Positions 1 through 9,570 of a DNA stretch of 32,000 bases are shown here, in pieces. Both the position numbers and the translations under genes were made by a program. This stretch comes from Blochmannia endosymbiont of Camponotus modoc. Its GTDB lineage: Bacteria; Pseudomonadota; Gammaproteobacteria; Enterobacterales; Enterobacteriaceae. Numbering within the stretch: the first letter of the stretch is position 1; every line of letters starts with the position of its first letter. The notes below the pieces were generated by a model. That model was not told the DNA's origin. It saw only the letters and a program-made list of their open reading frames with translations, and ran no database searches. The stretch is taken from NCBI RefSeq assembly GCF_023585785.1, contig NZ_CP097765.1, positions 600,001-632,000 of the forward strand, in the 5' to 3' direction.

Positions 1-237
1 AATGAATTTAAACGTTCTTGTATGCTACAAAGAAAAATAGAAATATTAATAAGAGAATTAAGAACTCAGCGAACTAATCACGGTCAAGCGTTATTTTTAT
101 TCGGTATTGGCGCAACATTAGTTACCAGCAGTATTTTCTTATACATACAGGATAAATATTTAAAAATTTTTTCTATTTTTTTATTTGTAATTGGAATTTT
201 TATTTGGACAATAGGTTGGAAACGTATCATACAATAA
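1..237 (+). CDS. ubiB: Probable 3' end of ubiquinone biosynthesis protein UbiB (partial, continues upstream of the window)
   Basis: Frame 1 is open from base 1 with no upstream stop, so the tracked 71-aa ORF (22..237) is probably the tail of a longer gene. It has a charged helix followed by two hydrophobic segments (...LFLFGIGATLVTSSIFL... and ...FVIGIFIWTIGWKR). This matches my recollection of the double-TM C-terminal tail of E. coli UbiB (...FLGIGATLV...WFVGWRK). ubiB lies upstream of ubiD in E. coli (ubiB-tatABCD-rfaH-ubiD). The identification is from memory, not a search. Confidence 0.5.
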   Translation, partial: NEFKRSCMLQRKIEILIRELRTQRTNHGQALFLFGIGATLVTSSIFLYIQDKYLKIFSIFLFVIGIFIWTIGWKRIIQ

Positions 238-445
238 TAATATGTTATTACTGTCCAATTGAATTTTATTTCATAACACAAGTTTATTTGAGCAATTCCA
301 TGAAACATTTTATATTAAATGAATTCTGAAATATGATAATGTTAATTAATTCAATTATAACTTTAAAACTGTACTTCATGACAATTATACGATATTTTGT
401 AACATATATTGAATTATAACAACATTTAATGATTATTAACAGGAT

Positions 446-1909
446 ATGAAATATAAAGATTTACGTGATTTTATAAAAATCTTAGAACATAGGGGAGACT
501 TAAAAAGAATTAAATTTCCCATTAATCCTGATTTGGAAATAACAGAAATTGCTGATCGCACTATTAAATCTGGAGGTCCAGCGCTTTTTTTTGAAAATCC
601 TACAGGATATACAATACCTGTCCTTTGTAATTTATTTGGTACCCCGAATAGAATAGCTTTAGGAATGGGAAAAGAAAACATTTTATCTTTGCGTGATGTT
701 GGAAAATTACTTGCATTTTTAAGAGAACCGGAATTACCGACAGGAGTGCATGATTTTTTTTCTAAAATACCTCATTTTCGTCATATCTTACATATGCCGA
801 TTAAGCGTGTCAGTACAGCTCCGTGCCAAGAAAATGTTTGGTGTAATCAAGATGTAGATATCACACATATGCCAATAATGCGTTGCTGGCCTCAAGACGT
901 ATCTCCTATAATTACTTGGGGTATTACGATAACGCGCGGTCTAAAAAGTAAACGACAAAATCTTGGAATTTATCGTCAACAAGTGCTATCTAAAAATAAA
1001 ATCATTATGAGATGGTTATCTCATCGTGGTGGCGCATTAGATTTTCAAGAATGGCATAAAAATACTTCAGAGAGAAGATTTCCAATTACTGTAGCATTAG
1101 GCGCTGATCCAGCTACTTTAATAGGAGCGGTAGTTCCCATTCCTGATACACTATCCGAATATGCCTTTTCTGGTTTACTAAGAGGTTGTAGAACTGAAGT
1201 AATTAAATGCATTTCATGCGACTTAGACGTTCCAGCTAATTCTGAAATTGTATTGGAAGGATATTTAGAACGAGATGAAACAGCAATAGAAGGACCCTTT
1301 GGAGACCATACAGGATATTACAATACTACCGCTAAATTTCCAGTATGCACTATTACCCATATTACCCAACGGAACAATCCAATTTATCATTCTACGTATA
1401 CTGGTCGTCCACCAGATGAGCCTGCGATTCTTGGAATGGCAATGAATGAAATGTTCATCCCTATCATACAAAAGCAATTCCCAGAAATTACAGATTTTTA
1501 TTTACCTCCTGAAGGTTGCTCATATAGATTGGCTGTTGTAACTATAAAAAAACAATATATTGGACACGCTAAACGTATAATTTTTGGAATATGGTCTTTT
1601 TTGAAACAATTTATGTATACTAAATTTATTATCGTATGTGACGACGATATTAATGCTCGGGATTGGAATGATGTAGTATGGGCGATAACTACACGCCTGG
1701 ACCCTGATCGAGATATCATAATCGTAAAAAATACCCCAATTGATTATCTTGATTTCTCTAGCCCTATTTCTGGTTTAGGCTCTAAAATAGGTATGGATGC
1801 AACAAACAAATGGCCCGGGGAAACTGAAAGAGAATGGGGTATTCCAATTAAAATGCACGACACAGTACGACATTATATTGATAGTATTTGGGAAAAACTA
1901 GACATATAG
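446..1909 (+). CDS. ubiD: 4-hydroxy-3-polyprenylbenzoate decarboxylase (UbiD)
   Basis: 487-aa ORF. The N-terminus [22 protein letters not shown] parallels E. coli UbiD (MKYNDLRDFLTLLEQQGELKRI). Length is close to the roughly 497-aa ortholog and similarity runs throughout. Confidence 0.95.
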   Translation: MKYKDLRDFIKILEHRGDLKRIKFPINPDLEITEIADRTIKSGGPALFFENPTGYTIPVLCNLFGTPNRIALGMGKENILSLRDVGKLLAFLREPELPTGVHDFFSKIPHFRHILHMPIKRVSTAPCQENVWCNQDVDITHMPIMRCWPQDVSPIITWGITITRGLKSKRQNLGIYRQQVLSKNKIIMRWLSHRGGALDFQEWHKNTSERRFPITVALGADPATLIGAVVPIPDTLSEYAFSGLLRGCRTEVIKCISCDLDVPANSEIVLEGYLERDETAIEGPFGDHTGYYNTTAKFPVCTITHITQRNNPIYHSTYTGRPPDEPAILGMAMNEMFIPIIQKQFPEITDFYLPPEGCSYRLAVVTIKKQYIGHAKRIIFGIWSFLKQFMYTKFIIVCDDDINARDWNDVVWAITTRLDPDRDIIIVKNTPIDYLDFSSPISGLGSKIGMDATNKWPGETEREWGIPIKMHDTVRHYIDSIWEKLDI

Positions 1910-2166
1910 ACATAATATTTTACAATAAAAAAAATAATACAATTAAGTAAGATACACAAAATTAAACACATAGTAATATGATGGATTTTTTACAATAAAA
2001 ACAAAGGGATACACTGCAATTTATTATAAATAAATCACCGCATACATTATTTCTATATTAAAAAATAAATTTATATAAGATCTCTATTAATAACAACATA
2101 CAATCATTCACAAACGTTTTAAGTATAACGTTATAAACATGTCTGTAATGACATATTGTAACCACG

Positions 2167-2207
2167 AAAAATATCTATCTATATTTTACATATAGATAGA
2201 TATTTTT
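2167..2207 (+). terminator. Candidate stem-loop / intrinsic terminator downstream of ubiD
   Basis: Perfect 18-bp inverted repeat (2167-2184 pairs with 2190-2207) with a 5-nt loop. The right arm ends in TTTTT. The stem is almost all A/T (2 G:C pairs) and sits about 260 nt after the ubiD stop, so function is uncertain. Confidence 0.3.
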
Positions 2208-2528
2208 AATGTAAATTTTTGTAGAAAATAAGCATATTCAATAATACTATATGTTATATAAAAAATATTTTATGACTAACAATGATACTAAATAGATAAA
2301 AATATTTTTTTATTTAATTATTATCTATACCTACTTGATATATCAATCATACACTCTATTAACTTGTAACAATCACACAAGCTCACATGTATATTACACA
2401 ATGTAATATATTACAACTAAAACGAACATCAATAATTAAATTAATTTTAATATTAACTAATTTAGAATAGTATTCTATCATAATATTACAATATTTATAT
2501 TTTTATATGAAATATTTATGTACTTATT

Positions 2529-2537
2529 AGGAGGGGG
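2529..2537 (+). promoter_or_regulatory. Shine-Dalgarno sequence of dsbA
   Basis: AGGAGGGGG ends 1 nt before ATG 2539. It is the strongest purine-rich SD motif in the window and argues for ATG 2539 over the tracked start at 2518. Confidence 0.6.
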
Positions 2538-2538
2538 T

Positions 2539-3168
2539 ATGAAAAAATTGCATCTTATTTGGATAGTAATTTATTTGATATTTTCATGTAAAAGCATTTC
2601 ATCTTCAATTATAGAAGGAAGGCAATACATTCGACTAAATAAACCTATTCATAATGCACCTCAATTACTGGAATTTTTTTCTTTTTATTGTCCACATTGC
2701 TATCAATTTGAAGAAATTTATCATATTTCTAATAATATAGAACAAACATTGCCTAAAAATGTAAATTTTTATAAATATCATGTGAATTTTCTAGGTAATT
2801 TAGGAAAACAATTGACACATGCTTGGGCTGTAGCAATAGCATTAAGAATAGAAGATAGAATCAGTCCTATATTATTTACAGCGATACAAAAACAACAATC
2901 TATTCACACTGTGGAAGATATTCGTGAAATATTCATTAAATCTGGTGTCAATGCAGAAGAATTTGATATTACTTGGGATAGCGTATTAGTGAAATCTTTA
3001 ATTTTAGATCAGGAACAAGCAGCAATAAATTTTCGTTTGAGAGGAGTACCATCAATATTTATCAATGGGAAATATATGATAAAAAACGAGAAGTTAGATA
3101 TATCATCAGTTAACGCTTATATAAAACAATTTTGTGAGTTGCTAAATTTACTTATAGATAAAACGTAA
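2539..3168 (+). CDS. dsbA: Periplasmic thiol:disulfide oxidoreductase DsbA
   Basis: Signal-peptide-like N-terminus MKKLHLIWIVIYLIFSC. The thioredoxin active site LEFFSFYCPHCYQFE (CPHC) and ...YHVNF..., ...RGVPSIFINGKY are collinear with E. coli DsbA (208 aa). The start was moved from 2518 to 2539 because of the SD. Confidence 0.93.
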   Translation: MKKLHLIWIVIYLIFSCKSISSSIIEGRQYIRLNKPIHNAPQLLEFFSFYCPHCYQFEEIYHISNNIEQTLPKNVNFYKYHVNFLGNLGKQLTHAWAVAIALRIEDRISPILFTAIQKQQSIHTVEDIREIFIKSGVNAEEFDITWDSVLVKSLILDQEQAAINFRLRGVPSIFINGKYMIKNEKLDISSVNAYIKQFCELLNLLIDKT

Positions 3169-3362
3169 TCTTTACATATTCATTATATCATCATACTGGC
3201 ATATACAAGTATTTTATTTTTTATTGAAATTATTTTACGAAATGACTTCATTGATTTTATTATTTTGTTGTTTATAATAGCCTTATAGTTAATAGTTTTA
3301 CTAAGCAATAGTCTAATATTCTCTTGTCTTTTCTGTAAGATTAGTCATATATAAATGTCATT

Positions 3363-6173
3363 ATGATTACAATTATAAATAATCCGATAATTTTAGTGGA
3401 TGGATCTTGTTATATACACCGTGCGTATCATGCGTTTCCAGAATTAATCACTAGCGACGGAAAACCGGTGTGGGTAATATATGGAGTAATCAATATGATT
3501 AAAAGTCTATTGATACGATATCAACCTACTCACATGGTGGTTGTTTTTGATGCAATGGGAAAAACCTTTCGTAACAATTTATTTGAAAAATATAAAGCTA
3601 ATCGCATGAAAACCCCCAAGAATTTATATACTCAAATTGATCCATTATGTGAAATAATACAAGCCATGGGGTTACCAATTCTTAAGGTGCCTGACGTAGA
3701 AGCAGATGATGTGATAGGTACATTAGCTATATCTTGTGCGCGATCAGGAAATTCTGTGTTAATTAGTACGGGAGATAAGGATATGGCTCAAATAGTATCA
3801 TCTCAAATAACTCTTATTAATACTATGTCGAATATTATTTTTACTCCTAAAGAAGTAGAAAAACAGTTTGGAGTACCACCAACTCTAATAGCTGATTATT
3901 TAGCATTAATAGGAGATCGTTCTGATAACATTCCTGGAGTGCCTGGAATAGGAAAAAAAACTGCTCAGATTTTATTAAATAAAATAGGTAATTTAAAAGC
4001 ATTATATGATCATTTAGATAAAATTAGTCTATTAAATTTAGATTTACGCGGCGCTAGAGCAATACAAAACACATTACAAGCCAACAAAGAAGTAGCATTT
4101 CTTTCTTATAAACTGACGACTATTAAAACAGATGTATCTTTAAATATATCCGATTATCAACTGTTAATACAACAGATAAATATTAACACTTTGCAATTGT
4201 TATTTACACAGTATGAATTTAAAAATTGGTTAACAGATTTACAGTCAGGAACATGGCTGGATAAATATCACCATTTGAAACATGTACCATCACACCGACG
4301 GTTAAATAATACGCTTTTGTTTCAAAAAAATAATTTATTATCAGATTATTCCAAAGAAAAAAAAATTATCAAAATAATACATAATGTTGAAATGCTTTGT
4401 CATTGGATTGAAAAAATTGACGAATCCAAATTTTTTATATTTAGTATATATACAGATGTATTTAATGTTTCTACAGCCAATATCATAAGTATATGTTTAT
4501 CTATAGATGCTAAAGAAAGTGCGTATATTCCTATAAAAACTGATTCAGTTAATAATCATCAGAATTTTTTATATCTTGAAGAGATATTATCAATTTTGCA
4601 ACCAACTTTAGAAAATGAAAAAATAAAAAAAGTAGGCCAAAATTTAAAATTTAGTTATTCTGTCTTAAAGCGTTATAATATAAACTTAGCTGGCATGGCC
4701 TGTGATGTTATATTAGAATTATATGTACTGTATGGTACCGCTAATTATCATGATATTAAAAATTTTTTAGATAAAGACACATTTAACGCTGTTACGAATT
4801 TTAAAAAAAATTATGATAATTATAATGAAAATAATATAATTTCAGACCTACAAAATATACAATTACAATCTCTACATGCTGCTCAATTTATTAAATCCCT
4901 GTTCAATCTGCATCATACTTTATGGCCAAAGATAGAAGCAAATAATAAACTAAAAAAAATATTTGAAGAAGTAGAAATGCCTCTAATATCTATCCTATCA
5001 CGCATTGAAAGCTATGGCGTATTAATTGATAAAAAACTACTTAATACACATGCGGTAGAATTAGATTATCGGCTTCATGCATTAGAGCTAGAAGCGTATC
5101 AATTAGTAGGCACTCCTTTTAATCTTGCTTCAACTAAACAATTACAAGAAATATTATATAATCAGCAAAAATTGCCAATTTTAAAAAAAACTCCTAAAGG
5201 GGCTCCTTCAACTAATGAAGAGGTATTGAAAAAATTGTCAAAAAAATATTCAATGCCAAAAATCATTTTGCAGTATCGTGCTTTATCTAAATTACAATCT
5301 ACTTATATCAACAAATTAATCGCTATGATTAATAAAAAATCAAATAGGGTGCACACCTCATATAATCAAACTAGAACTTCTACAGGACGTCTTTCTTCTA
5401 CTAGTCCTAATTTGCAAAATATTCCAAATAGAAATTACGATGGAAGGAAAATACGTCAGGCTTTTATTGCTCCCAAAAATTTTTTAATTGTAGCGGCTGA
5501 TTATTCCCAAATAGAATTAAGAATTATGGCGCATCTTTCTCAAGATATCGAATTAATCAATGATTTTCTTTCTGAAAAAGATATTCATACTGCAACAGCT
5601 TCTGAAATCTTTGTTACTGCACTACACTCGGTTACTGATGAACAAAGACAACGAGCTAAAACTATTAATTTTGGATTAATTTATGGAATGAGCGCATTTG
5701 GATTAGCGCGTCAATTATCAGTAACATGTAAGGAAGCTCAAAAATATGTAGATCGTTATTTTAATCGTTATCCTGGTGTTATGAAATATATGCAACATAT
5801 TCGAGAGCATGCTAATAAATATGGTTATGTATCTACACTAGACGGACGAAAGTTATATTTACCAGATATTTACTCTGCTAATATTCTTCAAAAAAAAGGC
5901 GCTGAAAGAGCAGCGATTAATGCTCCTATGCAAGGGAGCGCTGCTGACATTATTAAGAAAGCAATGATATCTATTGATAATTGGTTACAAAAAGATGAAA
6001 TTCCAGCGCGTATCATTATGCAAGTACATGACGAATTAGTATTTGAAGTACACAATGATATTGTAGACCCTGTTGTAAAAAAAATTAAAAAATTAATGGA
6101 AGAATGTTTTATTATGGATGTACCACTAAAAGTAGATGTTGGTATTGGAAAGAATTGGGAGCAAGCACACTAA
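3363..6173 (+). CDS. polA: DNA polymerase I (5'-nuclease and polymerase domains intact; 3'-5' exonuclease motifs degenerate)
   Basis: 936 aa. 5'-nuclease motifs are present (LVDGSCYIHRAYHAF, GDKDMAQ). So are polymerase motif A (ADYSQIELRIMAHLS), motif B (RQRAKTINFGLIYGMSAFGL) and motif C (QVHDELVFEV), and the C-terminus NWEQAH matches E. coli NWDQAH. The Exo I/II/III motifs are not conserved (see findings). Confidence 0.97.
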   Translation: MITIINNPIILVDGSCYIHRAYHAFPELITSDGKPVWVIYGVINMIKSLLIRYQPTHMVVVFDAMGKTFRNNLFEKYKANRMKTPKNLYTQIDPLCEIIQAMGLPILKVPDVEADDVIGTLAISCARSGNSVLISTGDKDMAQIVSSQITLINTMSNIIFTPKEVEKQFGVPPTLIADYLALIGDRSDNIPGVPGIGKKTAQILLNKIGNLKALYDHLDKISLLNLDLRGARAIQNTLQANKEVAFLSYKLTTIKTDVSLNISDYQLLIQQININTLQLLFTQYEFKNWLTDLQSGTWLDKYHHLKHVPSHRRLNNTLLFQKNNLLSDYSKEKKIIKIIHNVEMLCHWIEKIDESKFFIFSIYTDVFNVSTANIISICLSIDAKESAYIPIKTDSVNNHQNFLYLEEILSILQPTLENEKIKKVGQNLKFSYSVLKRYNINLAGMACDVILELYVLYGTANYHDIKNFLDKDTFNAVTNFKKNYDNYNENNIISDLQNIQLQSLHAAQFIKSLFNLHHTLWPKIEANNKLKKIFEEVEMPLISILSRIESYGVLIDKKLLNTHAVELDYRLHALELEAYQLVGTPFNLASTKQLQEILYNQQKLPILKKTPKGAPSTNEEVLKKLSKKYSMPKIILQYRALSKLQSTYINKLIAMINKKSNRVHTSYNQTRTSTGRLSSTSPNLQNIPNRNYDGRKIRQAFIAPKNFLIVAADYSQIELRIMAHLSQDIELINDFLSEKDIHTATASEIFVTALHSVTDEQRQRAKTINFGLIYGMSAFGLARQLSVTCKEAQKYVDRYFNRYPGVMKYMQHIREHANKYGYVSTLDGRKLYLPDIYSANILQKKGAERAAINAPMQGSAADIIKKAMISIDNWLQKDEIPARIIMQVHDELVFEVHNDIVDPVVKKIKKLMEECFIMDVPLKVDVGIGKNWEQAH

Positions 6174-6311
6174 TATATCAATCTATATTAGGTCAATATA
6201 TTAAATATAATAAATACATGATTAATAACAATTGATTAGAATAATGCATTTATATAAATCATATGTTTTGAGATATGATACAGAGAGGACATGATAAATC
6301 GTAAAAATATA

Positions 6312-6911
6312 TTATCTTAACCAATTATCAAGGACTCTTTTTAATGAGTGTATTCCATATTTTTTGACAACAGAAAAAGGTTCGGCTTGTATATGTGTTT
6401 CAAACATCATCTGCATATCGTGCATTATTTTTTTAGATGTAACTTGCAAAATATTTCTAGAAATTTTATCTGATTTGCTCAATAAAGTAAAAATAGGAAC
6501 ATCTACGGAAAGCGCACTTTCAATTGTTTTTTGATCTAAATCCTTTATTGGATGCCTAATATCCATCATTAATATCAATCCTTTTAAATTTTCTCTTTTT
6601 TTTAAATATTCACATATCACGTCATGCCAGTAGTTTTTTCTTTTTTTTGTCTTTTTAGCATAACCATAGCCAGGAAAATCAATCAGACGAATACCCGGAC
6701 TGACCTCAAATAAATTAATAAGTTGTGTACATCCTGGTGTTTTACTTACTTTAGTTAATTTTTTTTGATAAGTTAACGCATTAATAGCACTAGATTTGCC
6801 ACTATTAGAATAACCAACAAAAGCTACTTCCATACCTATTTTTTCATTAGGTAAACAGTAAACTGCAGGTACGCTTATTAAAAAATAAGTAACATGATAA
6901 TCATGTATCAT
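6312..6911 (-). CDS. engB: Ribosome-biogenesis GTPase EngB (YihA)
   Basis: 199 aa. It has the G1 motif GYSNSGKSSAINAL, TPGCTQLINLF, the G3 motif DFPGYGYA and the G4 motif LLSKSDK. It is collinear with E. coli YihA and convergent with polA, as in E. coli. Confidence 0.93.
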   Translation of the reverse strand: MIHDYHVTYFLISVPAVYCLPNEKIGMEVAFVGYSNSGKSSAINALTYQKKLTKVSKTPGCTQLINLFEVSPGIRLIDFPGYGYAKKTKKRKNYWHDVICEYLKKRENLKGLILMMDIRHPIKDLDQKTIESALSVDVPIFTLLSKSDKISRNILQVTSKKIMHDMQMMFETHIQAEPFSVVKKYGIHSLKRVLDNWLR

Positions 6912-7102
6912 AAAATGGTAAATATGAAAATAAGTTTCTAAATTTATATAATTTATTTATTTAAATATTAAATCCTACAATAACTAGTTTTATATGAATA
7001 AAAAACAAATTGTTTTTATTCCTAATAAAAATTTTTGAATTACTATAATCAACAATAATATTGTTATATACGTATTTTTACATATTTTACAAAAAATTAT
7101 TT

Positions 7103-8530
7103 TTAAACACTATAATATAGATCAAATTCTACAGGATGTGGCGTAGTAGATACTAATCTACTGTCTTCTTGACACAATAAAATATATGTATTAATATATT
7201 CCTGGGTAAAGACGTTGCCTCGAGTTAAAAATTCATGATCCTCATATAAAGATTTTAATGCTTCGTCAAGAGATTTAGCCATATGCGGTATGGATAATGC
7301 TTCTTTTTCAGAAATAGCATATAAGTTTTTATCAACCGGATCTCCGGGATGAATTTTATTGATAATGCCGTCTAATCCAGCCATAAGCAATGCAGAAAAC
7401 GCTAGATAAGGATTAGCAGAAGGATCAGGAAAACGAACTTCAACGCGACATGCTACGTCGCCTTTTTGTGATTTTCCTAGAGATGATGGAATGCGAATCG
7501 CACTAGAACGATTACAAGCAGAATAAGTCAACATTACTGGAGCTTCATAATTTGGAACTAAACGTTTATACGAATTAGTAGTTGGATTGGTTATAGCATT
7601 TAATGCTTTAGCGTGACGCAAAATACCACCAATATAAAATAAAGCGATATCAGAAAGATTGCCATATTGAAGACCTGAAAATAAATTAGTATCTTTTTTA
7701 TGTAAGGATATATGGCAATGCATGCCTGACCCATTATCATTCATAATGGGTTTCGGCATAAAAGTTGCAGTTTTCCCAGCATTATGAGCAACATTGTGTA
7801 CTACATATTTATATATTTGTATTTCATCAGCTTTTTTAGTAAGAGTATTAAATCGAGTTGCTATTTCATTTTGACCCGATGTTGCAACTTCATGATGATG
7901 AGCCTCTACGATCAATCCCATTTTTTCCATTGTTAAAGACATAGTAGATCGCAAGTCCTGAGAAGAATCTATTGGAGGCACTGGGGCATATCCACTCTTT
8001 ATTCTAGGACGATGACCTTTATTTCCGTCTTTATAAATTTTACCACTGTTCCATGATGATTCTCGATCGTCAAGGATTACATAAGATCCTGATATTGTTG
8101 TTGCAAAATGAATACTGTCAAATAAAAAAAATTCTGGTTCAGGACCAAACATAACAATATCGGCAATACCAGAATTATACAAAAATATTTCTGATCGTTT
8201 AGCTATAGACCGTGGATCTCTATCATAATTTTTCATAGTACTAGGATCAATGATATCGCAACGAATAATGATTGTAGCATCTTCATAAAATGGATCTATC
8301 ACAAAGCTAGTAAGATCAGGCATTAATATCATGTCTGATTTGCTAACATCTTTCCACCCTTTAATGGAAGACCCATCAAAAATTTTTCCATGATTAAATA
8401 AATGATCATTAACCTGTGTTTTAGGGATAGTAATGTGTTGTTCTTTTCCTTTTGTATCAGTAAAACGTAAATCAACAAATTTTATTTGATTTTCGTTTAT
8501 AATAGAAAAAATTTTTTCAATATTTGTCAT
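7103..8530 (-). CDS. glnA: Glutamine synthetase type I
   Basis: 475 aa. [51 protein letters not shown] and the C-terminal [12 protein letters not shown] match E. coli GlnA almost motif for motif. The NLY segment corresponding to the adenylylation tyrosine is retained. Confidence 0.97.
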   Translation of the reverse strand: MTNIEKIFSIINENQIKFVDLRFTDTKGKEQHITIPKTQVNDHLFNHGKIFDGSSIKGWKDVSKSDMILMPDLTSFVIDPFYEDATIIIRCDIIDPSTMKNYDRDPRSIAKRSEIFLYNSGIADIVMFGPEPEFFLFDSIHFATTISGSYVILDDRESSWNSGKIYKDGNKGHRPRIKSGYAPVPPIDSSQDLRSTMSLTMEKMGLIVEAHHHEVATSGQNEIATRFNTLTKKADEIQIYKYVVHNVAHNAGKTATFMPKPIMNDNGSGMHCHISLHKKDTNLFSGLQYGNLSDIALFYIGGILRHAKALNAITNPTTNSYKRLVPNYEAPVMLTYSACNRSSAIRIPSSLGKSQKGDVACRVEVRFPDPSANPYLAFSALLMAGLDGIINKIHPGDPVDKNLYAISEKEALSIPHMAKSLDEALKSLYEDHEFLTRGNVFTQEYINTYILLCQEDSRLVSTTPHPVEFDLYYSV

Positions 8531-9277
8531 ATTTATACTCTCAGCTATTATATATCATATGATGATAATATTACTAAATAATGCGCTACAAAATACCATC
8601 TACTAAGGCTCTTGTGATTAACATTTTTCAAAACTTTATTTAATCAACATATTTGCATTGACATAATTACCAATGTTACATATGCATGTAATGCATTGAA
8701 TCAGATCTATTGATCTTTTATTAAAATTTAATTTTTAAAAATAACACTCATATCTTATATTACTATTATTTTAATAAATAATCTAATGTAATAAAAATAA
8801 AAAATACTTGTATGTATAACTATTATTAATCATTTTTTAATTATTTTTAATTCAACATAGAAAAAATGTCAGAAATTTAATTGTGCTAATATTTTTGTAT
8901 TATATACATCATGAATACCATGAGGTGTAATCGCACATACACATTTTTGTATAAATTTAAAAAATTAATAATCTTATACGAGTTATTATTTTGTTGATGT
9001 ATATCATGCAAAATGAACTTACATTACAAGTATCATTAGCCACATTAAAAATAGTTTGAGGACTTATACAATACATTATTTGTGGTAGGCTGTTACTTCT
9101 ATAAACAAGAAATTATACACATTATATCAATACTACAGATTTACATCAAAAGATGCAACAATCTTCAATTTTAATAAATTTTTTAATTTTTATTATTTTA
9201 AAGAGACTGTTGCTCCTGAATATCAATTTCATGGATCAAGCAATACTAATTTTTTTGATTGCATATGTAGTTGGTAT

Positions 9278-9469
9278 TTATTTTTTAGTAATTAAGTCTT
9301 CTTCTATTTCTCTGAGAGCAAGTACGGTATATTTATCATTATTATTTTTTGTAATCAACGTTTCTTTTCCACCAATTTGCATTTGCCGTGCACGTCGCGC
9401 GGCAACTAATATTAAATCAAATATATTACCAACTTTTTCTACAGCATCCTGTACAGTTATACGTGCCAT
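9278..9469 (-). CDS. rpoZ: RNA polymerase omega subunit (short form, 63 aa)
   Basis: [36 protein letters not shown] is near-identical to the E. coli RpoZ N-terminus. It lies directly downstream of gmk, as in the E. coli gmk-rpoZ operon. It lacks the roughly 28-aa acidic C-terminal tail of the 91-aa E. coli protein. Confidence 0.9.
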   Translation of the reverse strand: MARITVQDAVEKVGNIFDLILVAARRARQMQIGGKETLITKNNNDKYTVLALREIEEDLITKK

Positions 9470-9570
9470 TTTTATTTACCGTGTATGTAGACTGTATTTA
9501 TTAGTTTAATTAAATTTATATTGATCGCAAACACACATACATATTTATGTATTTATATTTAATTTATTAT

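Noticed and set aside
84-681. Minus-strand ORFs 84..308 and 436..681.
   Set aside because: They overlap the ubiB tail and the ubiD N-terminus in antisense. The translations are low-complexity and there is no homology signal.
1265-1719. Minus-strand ORFs 1265..1477 and 1498..1719 inside ubiD.
   Set aside because: Both are antisense shadow ORFs within conserved ubiD.
2518-2538. N-terminal extensions implied by the ORF track: dsbA 2518, yicC 12811 (GTG), dut 14015, coaBC 15201 (GTG), waaA 18817 (TTG), pfkA 28029 (GTG).
   Set aside because: In each case an internal ATG aligns exactly with the E. coli N-terminus. For dsbA and yicC, that ATG is also preceded by a good SD that would lie inside the extended ORF.
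6174-6311. Possible Spot 42 (spf) sRNA downstream of polA, as in E. coli.
   Set aside because: The 138-nt spacer shows no resemblance to the Spot 42 sequence as I recall it. It contains only a weak 7-bp stem.
7007-7020. 14-mer AAATTGTTTTTATT shared between the glnA-engB spacer (7007-7020) and the rpmB upstream region (15604-15617), each within an imperfect hairpin.
   Set aside because: By a rough hand estimate, many 14-mer A/T-rich coincidences are expected in 32 kb of this composition. The similarity does not extend beyond the 14-mer.
8582-8598. Sigma-54-like element upstream of glnA (minus strand TGGTATTTTGTAGCGCA, resembling TGGCAC-N5-TTGCA).
   Set aside because: The GG-to-GC spacing is off by one in either register compared with glnAp2. 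The glnLG genes are absent from the locus. Such partial matches are easy to find by chance.
9153-9509. 118-aa plus-strand ORF completely enclosing rpoZ on the opposite strand.
   Set aside because: It is a hydrophobic, low-complexity translation typical of the antisense frame of an AT-rich gene. The minus-strand product is an unmistakable RpoZ. There is no SD and no recognisable family.
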